Shown here one piece after another: positions 1 through 6,216 of a stretch of 64,000 bases of DNA. Each line of letters opens with the position of its first letter. The first letter of the stretch is position 1. This DNA comes from an uncultured virus (IMG/VR IMGVR_UViG_3300020572_000004). Its lineage: Duplodnaviria; Heunggongvirae; Uroviricota; Caudoviricetes. The notes beneath the pieces are model-generated. The model ran no database searches and was not told the origin of the DNA. It worked only from the letters and a program-made list of their open reading frames with translations. The stretch lies in the IMG/VR virus record IMGVR_UViG_3300020572_000004, one strand, 5' to 3'. The position numbers and the translations under genes are program-made.

Positions 1-45
1 TCTTGCTCGACAGGCAAGTGCTCTAACCAGCTGAGCTACATCTTC
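1..45 (-). tRNA. tRNA-Asp(GUC), 3' part outside the window
   Basis: Reverse complement GAAGATG-TAGCTCAGCTGGTTAGAGC-A-CTTGC-CT-GTC-GA-GCAAG. Confidence 0.85.
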
Positions 46-128
46 AAAAATTTATCGGTTCCGTGTAGCAAAGACACAGTGTAGGGACCGAAAACTCCTG
101 TAAGCGATACCACCACAGTATCAGAAAA

Positions 129-203
129 TGGTGGGTCGTGCAGGAATCGAACCTGCATCGGAGGAGTAGAAATCCTCAGTCCTATCCGTTGAACGAACGA
201 CCC
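129..203 (-). tRNA. tRNA-Arg(UCU)
   Basis: Cloverleaf, anticodon arm GAGGA-TT-TCT-AC-TCCTC, GGTTCGATTCC, encoded CCA. Confidence 0.93.
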
Positions 204-210
204 AAAAGAA

Positions 211-287
211 TGGCAATGCATACGAGATTTGAACTCGTAATCTCCACGGTGAAAGCGTGGCGGGATAACCAATTACCCTAATGCATC
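211..287 (-). tRNA. tRNA-Glu(UUC)
   Basis: CCACG-CT-TTC-AC-CGTGG arm, T-loop TTCAAAT, CCA. Confidence 0.92.
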
Positions 288-431
288 TTTTTATATCTTA
301 TGCCTTTACACTATGTATTAAAATTGCTCTACCGTTAAACCGACTTTCACTGGTCACGAATTCTTCGCAAATATGATTTGCTTCACTGGTAGAGTTGCCG
401 ATGCATCGTACCCGAATACATTAGCGAAAAT

Positions 432-506
432 TGGTAGGCCGCCCAGGAATTGAACCTAGATCTTTGCGTTCGTAGCGCAACGTTATATCCATTCTACTAA
501 CAGCCC
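432..506 (-). tRNA. tRNA-Arg(ACG)
   Basis: TTGCG-CT-ACG-AA-CGCAA arm, CCA. Confidence 0.93.
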
Positions 507-514
507 GTTATGAT

Positions 515-586
515 TGGTGGAGCGACTGGGAATCGAACCCAGAGGATACCTTTCGGTTTTTAGACCTCCATGCCAGAGATCGCCCA
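515..586 (-). ncRNA. Anticodon-less tRNA-like RNA (resembles the tRNA-like domain of tmRNA)
   Basis: Perfect T-arm CTGGG-TTCGATT-CCCAG, acceptor end TCGCTCC-A-CCA with G3.U70; no anticodon stem, only an ACC-GAAA-GGT hairpin. Confidence 0.55.
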
Positions 587-593
587 TTGTGAT

Positions 594-667
594 TGGTGCG
601 GGATGAGAGAATTGAACTCTCGACTTCAGTTTGGAAGACTATCATTTTACCATTAAACTAATCCCGC
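594..667 (-). tRNA. tRNA-Gly(UCC)
   Basis: GCGGGAT acceptor, CT-TCC-AA loop, CCA. Confidence 0.92.
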
Positions 668-675
668 GAAAAGAG

Positions 676-770
676 CCTTGGCCATCAGAAGGATTACTGT
701 CGCGACCAGCCTAACTTCTGACTTGCTTCACACTCGTGAGCAATACCCAAATTGCGGGTAGATACCAAGG
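676..770 (-). ncRNA. Four-way-junction structured RNA, not a tRNA
   Basis: Closing stem CCTTGGT/GCCAAGG plus three hairpins; G.U pairs form only on the minus strand. Confidence 0.55.
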
Positions 771-775
771 GAAAT

Positions 776-850
776 TGGTGGAGCTAGTCAGATTCGAACT
801 GACAATCTACTACTTGCAAAGCAGGTGCATTACCGTTATGCTACAACCCC
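776..850 (-). tRNA. tRNA-Ala(UGC)
   Basis: GGGGTTG acceptor with G3.U70, TT-TGC-AA loop, CCA. Confidence 0.93.
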
Positions 851-857
851 ATGAAAT

Positions 858-932
858 TGGTAGAGGCACTGGGTAACGATCCCAGTTCTTCGAGTTAAAA
901 GCTCGATGCTTCACCATTAAAGCTTTACCTCC
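858..932 (-). tRNA. tRNA-Lys(UUU)
   Basis: TCGAG-CT-TTT-AA-CTCGA arm; atypical T-loop ATCGTTA; CCA. Confidence 0.9.
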
Positions 933-988
933 ATTAAAATTTTCTCAATGTTGTAGGCGTGGTCTGACGCCTCGTTGTTTATTAGAGC

Positions 989-1062
989 ACCCTTCTCCGG
1001 GATTTGAACCCGGGAATCTCCAACATATCATGTCGGCGCATTACCATAATGCTATAGAAGGT
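989..1062 (-). tRNA. tRNA-Ile(GAU)-like cloverleaf without CCA, embedded in a larger stem (945-1096)
   Basis: D-arm GCAT-TATGGTA-ATGC, CCGAC-ATGATAT-GTTGG, T-arm CCGGG-TTCAAAT-CCCGG; no CCA. Confidence 0.55.
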
Positions 1063-1099
1063 GTTGTATATCAACTTACCTCTAATCTCTCATTGAAAT

Positions 1100-1188
1100 T
1101 GGTGGACAGTGTGAGATTCAAACTCACTTAAGGTTCCTTAGAACAATTGCAATATGCAATCATCAGCTCAGCTCGATCATACCAGCCC
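1100..1188 (-). ncRNA. Degenerate type-II tRNA-like RNA
   Basis: T-arm GTGAG-TTTGAAT-CTCAC, ACCA end, variable arm GTTC-TAAG-GAAC, non-canonical D and anticodon arms. Confidence 0.5.
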
Positions 1189-1194
1189 ATAAAT

Positions 1195-1268
1195 TGGTAG
1201 AGGATAGAAGAATCGAACTTCTATGTTCTGAGTCAAAGTCAGATGCATTACCATTATGCTAATCCTCA
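1195..1268 (-). tRNA. tRNA-Gln(UUG)
   Basis: TCTGA-CT-TTG-AC-TCAGA arm, CCA. Confidence 0.93.
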
Positions 1269-1270
1269 AT

Positions 1271-1345
1271 TGGTCCTGATGGAGAATTACGATATCTCGA
1301 CCTTCCGCTTATCAAGCGGATGCTCTTCCTCTGAGCTACATCAGG
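1271..1345 (-). tRNA. tRNA-Ile(GAU)
   Basis: TCCGC-TT-GAT-AA-GCGGA arm; atypical T-loop; CCA. Confidence 0.9.
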
Positions 1346-1445
1346 TAAAAATTTGAATCCGTTCTGGAATTTCACCAGCGCCATATCATAACCTTGATAT
1401 TGTGGAGCTTTTCCCTAGACACGAAAAGCGGCTGTTCATACAAAT

Positions 1446-1531
1446 TGGTGGGCAGTCTGGGGAACGATCCCAGCGAGCCTTGCGGCGTCAGATTTACAGT
1501 CTGAACCGTCTCCTTAACGGTATACCTACCC
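1446..1531 (-). tRNA. tRNA-Tyr(GUA)
   Basis: TCAGA-CT-GTA-AA-TCTGA arm, long variable arm, CCA. Confidence 0.92.
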
Positions 1532-1545
1532 AAAAATCAAAAATG

Positions 1546-1690
1546 TTTATTGTCTGTGGAATTGAACCACCTCGCGCGCCTTTGAGCGCATTTTCCGTTT
1601 GCACCATAGAACTTGTACTTCGTTCGTATGCTCCGGCATAGTCCGTTCTCGATATGGACAGCATCAAACCAAAGATGCTTTAACAATAAA
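1546..1690 (-). ncRNA. About 145-nt multi-hairpin RNA with a tRNA T-arm
   Basis: Closing stem TTTATTGT/ACAATAAA, T-arm GTGG-TTCAATT-CCAC, at least four internal hairpins. Confidence 0.55.
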
Positions 1691-1693
1691 GGA

Positions 1694-1783
1694 TGGTGGG
1701 CCGAGAGGGAATTGCACCCACGGTGTTTCTTAAGTAGAGGTTTTACAGACCGCCGCAACGCATCTAACAGTTGCCTTCGTCCC
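1694..1783 (-). tRNA. Atypical second tRNA-Tyr(GUA)
   Basis: CT-GTA-AA loop, long D-stem GCAAC/GTTGC, T-loop TGCAATT, CCA. Confidence 0.65.
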
Positions 1784-1788
1784 AAAAT

Positions 1789-1863
1789 TGGTTGCGGGTG
1801 GAAGATTCGAACTCCCGTGAGATGCTTATGAGACACCTATCTGAACCACTCGATTAACCCGCG
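1789..1863 (-). tRNA. tRNA-Met(CAU), initiator-like C1xA72
   Basis: CGCGGGT/ACCCGCA-A-CCA acceptor, CT-CAT-AA loop. Confidence 0.88.
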
Positions 1864-1887
1864 ATTAAAAGTATTACACTAATTCCT

Positions 1888-2473
1888 TTTGATTATTGCG
1901 ACCACTGGTCTTGCAGTCGCTCGCCGCAATAATCAAACGTGCTATTAAAATTTAAAGGCCGTACTGATCGCACGTTTAACTCACCGCCTTGATCAGCTGG
2001 ATGAGCACCTAAAAGTGTTTTCAGTGAAGTTTTACTTGTGAACGGCTTCAACTCAAAGCGAGGAGCGGAATCACATTCTTCTTGTTTGGTACCAGGGACT
2101 GAATGCTCCTGGGTTTCAAAATCAAAATGTTGTCAAAGAAATGTTGTGGTCCAAACATGATTGTCACTCAACATGACCTCAATGATTTTAACTAGGGCTT
2201 CTCATTCCGAGGCGGTAACCTCATTTAGAGCGTAGTGATTAACGGAACGGATTTTCACCGTTCAGCAGGGTTATTAGCCCTTCGCCTAGCAACAATCATA
2301 TTTGGAGAACAAGCTACAATCAAGACTTTGCCTTGAAGGAATCGCATCAGCCGAGGTTTTGAATCTCAACCAGTTTGATCGTGTTGTAATTGTAAACTAA
2401 TTTCTGCAACTTGTAAACAAGAAAGTATTATTAAATCCAGATCTTATTTAGCTTCGGTTTGGGGAATTAGTTT
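1888..2473 (-). ncRNA. Large structured non-coding region (one large RNA or several RNAs)
   Basis: No ORF; nested long stems (1888-1900/1925-1937; 2150-2164/2292-2306; 2394-2402/2465-2473); lies directly downstream of promoter 2488-2516. Confidence 0.55.
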
Positions 2474-2475
2474 CG

Positions 2476-2570
2476 CCTTACAGAATTATTATACCACAAA
2501 AAATCGGCTTTGTAAAGGAAAAAATGCATGTTTTTGCATTTATTTTTAGCCGTTGAAAATCAACAAGTTA
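2476..2570 (-). promoter_or_regulatory. Early sigma70-type promoter with upstream IHF-like box
   Basis: TTTACA-N17-TATAAT (2516-2488), GTAAGG leader, plus-strand AATCAACAAGTTA at 2558-2570. Confidence 0.8.
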
Positions 2571-2796
2571 CAGCTTTTGCTGAAAAATGGCCCAGAATGG
2601 CATCAACACCAGCATATCTGGCGCCATCAGAGCTTAGGAGAACGGGAACAGTCTTGATACCGTTTTCCATGAAAAACTTTTGATCATCTTCCATATTGAT
2701 CACAGCCACGGAGATACTATTCTCTGCGAGATACTTCTTAATCATCTTGCATGGTCCGCAAAATTCGCTGCTTGCTAGTGTGTATGTTTGTTTCAT
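2560..2796 (-). CDS. Glutaredoxin/NrdH-like redoxin
   Basis: CGPC motif and TVP motif; start MKQTY after a TATATAAA element (upstream ORF extension overlaps tRNA-Ser). Confidence 0.85.
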   Translation of the reverse strand: MKQTYTLASSEFCGPCKMIKKYLAENSISVAVINMEDDQKFFMENGIKTVPVLLSSDGARYAGVDAILGHFSAKAVTC

Positions 2797-2820
2797 ATAG
2801 TTTATATATTGGTTTGAGAT

Positions 2821-2910
2821 TGGCGGAACGAGTGGGATTTGAACCCACGGTGACATTGCTGCCACGTTCCCTTAGCAAGGGAGTACTTTAGACCACTCAG
2901 CCACCGTTCC
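2821..2910 (-). tRNA. tRNA-Ser(GCU)
   Basis: TT-GCT-AA loop, long variable arm, G73-CCA. Confidence 0.93.
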
Positions 2911-2917
2911 TTTAAGC

Positions 2918-2994
2918 TGGTCGGATATGTAGGATTCTAACCTACGACTTCTGCGTCCCAAACGCAGCGCTCTAACAGGCTGAGCTAATATCCG
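2918..2994 (-). tRNA. tRNA-Pro(UGG)
   Basis: CTGCG-TT-TGG-GA-CGCAG arm, CCA. Confidence 0.92.
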
Positions 2995-3098
2995 TGAAAA
3001 TTTGGAAAGCTTCTACAGGCATACTTGTCATGTTGATCCGAAGACGTGAACTTAATCACTCATGTGCGTCGCCACTTTCCGTGAGTCCGTTTGCAAAT

Positions 3099-3173
3099 TG
3101 GTCCTCCTGGTTGGTGCTGACCCAACTACCCGCCCCTTATAAAGAAGCCGCTCTTCCGATGAGCTACAGGAGG
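3099..3173 (-). tRNA. tRNA-Ile(UAU)
   Basis: GCTTC-TT-TAT-AA-GGGGC arm, CCTCCTG/CAGGAGG-A-CCA acceptor. Confidence 0.85.
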
Positions 3174-3367
3174 TTTTGAAAATTTGTGAGTTGCGCATTG
3201 GTGTGCGCTAAGGGACTCACGGCTCCATATTTAAACTTACTGTCATTGCATCTCTTTTCAGATCCAAGCCGTTCAACCACGGTCGTTACCTTGTTTGTAG
3301 CACAAGGCGCGCATTGAGATTTTGAAAAAATGTTGGGCAACTTGTTGTTGCCGTTTGTTATGCGATT

Positions 3368-3396
3368 ATTATAATCTAAAAATTGAGATTTGTAAA
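3368..3396 (-). promoter_or_regulatory. Early promoter driving the tRNA array
   Basis: TTTACA-N17-TATAAT. Confidence 0.75.
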
Positions 3397-3422
3397 GGAG
3401 TTTTTGTCTAAAATGTAAAAAT

Positions 3423-3454
3423 AAAAAACCTTTGTTCCGTTTCCAGAACAAAGG
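3423..3454 (-). terminator. Intrinsic terminator
   Basis: CCTTTGTTC/GAACAAAGG stem followed by a U-tract on the minus strand. Confidence 0.65.
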
Positions 3455-3600
3455 TAAGTGTTTTAAATTTACGGTGTCTGGATTCTATGCGGGCGGAAGT
3501 CCCTTTGATATAATACTGCAGCGGAACGGCGCAGGTCCTGCGAGCTGCTCGTTTGCTGTATTATTATGTTTGTCCTGTACCATACGCTTTATTTATACAA

Positions 3601-4296
3601 TTAGATTGCTACAACAACAAGTTTTTGTCCATTGCCTACAGAGAACAGGTCTTCATTGTCACTATCACCAAATTCATATTCCTTAATGTCAGCATTGGTC
3701 AAGAGGTATATGACACACGTGCTAGGAATCAAAATGCGAGTAATACCAGCATCATCAACGTCTGCTTCTGCGGTTTTAATATCGGCTGCTGTAATATCAA
3801 CATTGTTAATCTTAGAGAGTGTTTTAAGCGCAACTTCTTTAATTTTAGCAACAGTACCTTTAACCGGTTTTACTCCAGCAATTTGTGCTTCAAATGCGCC
3901 TTCAACGTCAGAAGATGTAACCTTATCAATAGGCTTAGCTTTCATAAGATTGTCTTTATAGCCATGAAGACCAACCAACATCCCATTATTATACCATGAG
4001 AATTGTATCACAATGTGCGGAGACGAAGGAGTATCTGCATCACTTTTTTTAACTCTGACGCTTAAATCGCCATCATCTTTAAACCAACCTAATCTATCTT
4101 TAGCAGCCGGATACCAATCTACAGTCAAATTGTGTTTATCGCAAAACTTATCAATTATAGACTTTACTTCTTTCTTAGAGAGTTCATTTTTATCACCATT
4201 ATCCTTATATGAAAAAGCTTCGGTTAATTGGTTTCTTTGTTCTGCTAACATTGCACGGTATGCGTTGGCCGCTGTTGATATATTGTTGTTGTTCAT
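3601..4296 (-). CDS. Putative internal head protein (AYRAMLAE leader family)
   Basis: Shared leader ISTAANAYRAMLAEQ; upstream TATAAATA late promoter. Confidence 0.65.
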   Translation of the reverse strand: MNNNNISTAANAYRAMLAEQRNQLTEAFSYKDNGDKNELSKKEVKSIIDKFCDKHNLTVDWYPAAKDRLGWFKDDGDLSVRVKKSDADTPSSPHIVIQFSWYNNGMLVGLHGYKDNLMKAKPIDKVTSSDVEGAFEAQIAGVKPVKGTVAKIKEVALKTLSKINNVDITAADIKTAEADVDDAGITRILIPSTCVIYLLTNADIKEYEFGDSDNEDLFSVGNGQKLVVVAI

Positions 4297-4320
4297 ATAC
4301 TTTATTTATATAAGTTGTTG

Positions 4321-4464
4321 TTACGCCTTTACAATCTTTGGTCGTTTACCACCAGCTTTTTCAATGGCATCGGCTGCTTCTTCAAGAGAGGCGTATGTTT
4401 GTTCAGCTAACATTGCACGATATGCGTCAGCTGCTGTTGGTGGGATTGAGATGTGGTCGTTCAT
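4321..4464 (-). CDS. 47-aa leader-family microprotein (absent from the ORF track)
   Basis: MNDHISIPPTAADAYRAMLAEQTYASLEEAADAIEKAGGKRPKIVKA*. Confidence 0.7.
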   Translation of the reverse strand: MNDHISIPPTAADAYRAMLAEQTYASLEEAADAIEKAGGKRPKIVKA

Positions 4465-4474
4465 AGATTGTAGT

Positions 4475-4978
4475 TTATTTAAAAGTCTTAAGATCTGCTT
4501 TTGCTTTAGCGAGCACTGCTTTACGTGAGCTTAATTGAGTCTTAAGAATATAATTATTATCATCACGAGATTCAATTTGTTTTTGCAATGATTCAACATT
4601 ATCCTCCAATTCATCAATGAAAGCACGTTGCAATAGCTTTGTCATTTCACCTTGCTCCATTAAACCCTCTTGAATTTCAATCATCGCATTGATATGTTCT
4701 TTAATTTTTTTGCGATAATATACAATAACCGTTCCAGCTTGATGATGGCCTGAACCATGACCGCTATGGCCTTCAATTGAATCATAGTCTTTTATTGCCA
4801 CATCTAAGCCGTTTTGAGCCGATGAAAGCGCTTTAAAAGATTTCTTTAAGTTGTCAACTGAAATTATATACTTACCTTCTGAAAGCACTTCATGTGCAGC
4901 TTCTTCAAGAGAGGCGTATGTTTGTTCTGCTAACATTGCACGATATGCATCGGCTGCAGTTGAGATATTGTTGTCCAT
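4475..4978 (-). CDS. Putative internal head protein (leader family), coiled-coil
   Basis: Same leader; TATAAATA upstream. Confidence 0.65.
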   Translation of the reverse strand: MDNNISTAADAYRAMLAEQTYASLEEAAHEVLSEGKYIISVDNLKKSFKALSSAQNGLDVAIKDYDSIEGHSGHGSGHHQAGTVIVYYRKKIKEHINAMIEIQEGLMEQGEMTKLLQRAFIDELEDNVESLQKQIESRDDNNYILKTQLSSRKAVLAKAKADLKTFK

Positions 4979-5008
4979 AGATTGTAGTTTATTTATATAA
5001 TTAGATTA

Positions 5009-5818
5009 TTAGTTACTCTTTACGCTCATACCCTTCATAATCTCTTTGATTTGTTCAAAGTTTGCAAGGCGCGCAAGAACATGTACAATGTAATCAACTT
5101 TATTGTCAGGAATTTTTTTAATGACTGCCTTCAATTGCTTAAGCTTAACTTTAGGAGGATTAGAAGCAAATCCATAATCAGGCGCTTCAGTTTCTTCAGC
5201 TATAGAGGAATCATATGATTCGCTATAGTCATTTAAAATTTCCTCGTCACTGTCGTCAGTACGCATCCACATATTAACAAATTTAGCTAACTTGCTAAGA
5301 TCGCCTTTAAGTTCAATATCAACAGTTTTGTCATAACGGTTGTATTCACCACCAAGAACAGTAAAGCCATGAGTCTTACCAAGAGTTTTAGCCTGAGCCA
5401 TAATTTTATCTTCGTTTGACCCAGGAAATGGAACAGTCAATGTGACCATCTTTCCTTCATTTATAGAGGAATCATATGATTCACTATAGTCATTTAAAAT
5501 TTCTTCGTCACTATCGTCGGAGCTCATCCACTTATTAACAAATTTAGCTAACTTGCTAAGATCGCCTTTGATTGTGACATATACTGCTTCATCATAGCGG
5601 TCATATTCACCACCAAGAACGGTAAATCCATTCTTAACACCAATCTCTTTAGCCTGGGCGAGAACTTTTTTCTCGTTGGAGCCAGGAAATGGAATACTAA
5701 GTGTAACCTGTTTTACTTCGGTTAGCGCAACTTCTTTAAGAGAAGCGTATGTTTGTTCTGCTAACATTGCACGATATGCGTCAGCTGCTGTTGGTGGGAT
5801 TGAGATATTTGGATTCAT
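5009..5818 (-). CDS. Putative internal head protein with a tandemly duplicated domain
   Basis: Same leader; two copies of VTL.PFPGSNE...DSDEEILNDYSESYDSSI. Confidence 0.7.
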   Translation of the reverse strand: MNPNISIPPTAADAYRAMLAEQTYASLKEVALTEVKQVTLSIPFPGSNEKKVLAQAKEIGVKNGFTVLGGEYDRYDEAVYVTIKGDLSKLAKFVNKWMSSDDSDEEILNDYSESYDSSINEGKMVTLTVPFPGSNEDKIMAQAKTLGKTHGFTVLGGEYNRYDKTVDIELKGDLSKLAKFVNMWMRTDDSDEEILNDYSESYDSSIAEETEAPDYGFASNPPKVKLKQLKAVIKKIPDNKVDYIVHVLARLANFEQIKEIMKGMSVKSN

Positions 5819-5832
5819 AGATTGTACCTTAT

Positions 5833-6204
5833 TTATAAGTAAATGTTATTGGGTTCGCTTGAAATAAGCGCCGCATCGGTGTCTTTAATGTTTTTAGTAA
5901 CAGTAAACCAGCGTCCTTTTTCATCGGCATCAATTTCAGCTAGGCCAGCGTCATCAAGATCCTCACCAGTCGCAACATTTACGCTATACCACTTTTGCAC
6001 ACCAAGTGCGCCTAGCTTACTAGCTTTGCCAATAAGCTTGTATGGGCTAACCTTATATAGTTCGTCATCGTCAGGAAAGTATATGTAACCATCCTTAATG
6101 ATTTGAGATTTAATTGCAGCCTCGTCCAATTGCGTTTGTTCGGCCGCCATCGACGCATCATAAGATTCTTGAGCCATTTGACGATATGCAGTTGTGATAT
6201 TCAT
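5833..6204 (-). CDS. Putative internal head protein (divergent leader)
   Basis: MNITTAYRQMAQESYDAS; TATAAATA upstream. Confidence 0.6.
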   Translation of the reverse strand: MNITTAYRQMAQESYDASMAAEQTQLDEAAIKSQIIKDGYIYFPDDDELYKVSPYKLIGKASKLGALGVQKWYSVNVATGEDLDDAGLAEIDADEKGRWFTVTKNIKDTDAALISSEPNNIYL

Positions 6205-6216
6205 ATTATAGTTTAT

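Noticed and set aside
55..91. Hairpin TCGGTTCC/GGGACCGA between tRNA-Asp and tRNA-Arg
   Set aside because: Short, and its G.U pair favours the non-transcribed strand; too weak to call.
515..586. Amber-suppressor or pyrrolysine tRNA reading of GTCTAAA
   Set aside because: No anticodon stem forms around CTA, and long genes are intact in code 11.
36..3451. ORFs in the track overlapping the tRNA array (for example 36-272, 1402-1641, 1537-1836, 3164-3451)
   Set aside because: They overlap clear tRNA or structured RNA genes and have no protein-like features; only the glutaredoxin is credible.
3509..3567. SRP (4.5S) RNA
   Set aside because: CAGGTCC is present but the conserved GGAA tetraloop and AGCAG internal loop are missing.
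4230..5830. CRISPR-like array from the recurring GCTAACATTGCACGATATGC sequence
   Set aside because: Spacing is irregular (hundreds of bp) and the repeats are in-frame protein leaders.
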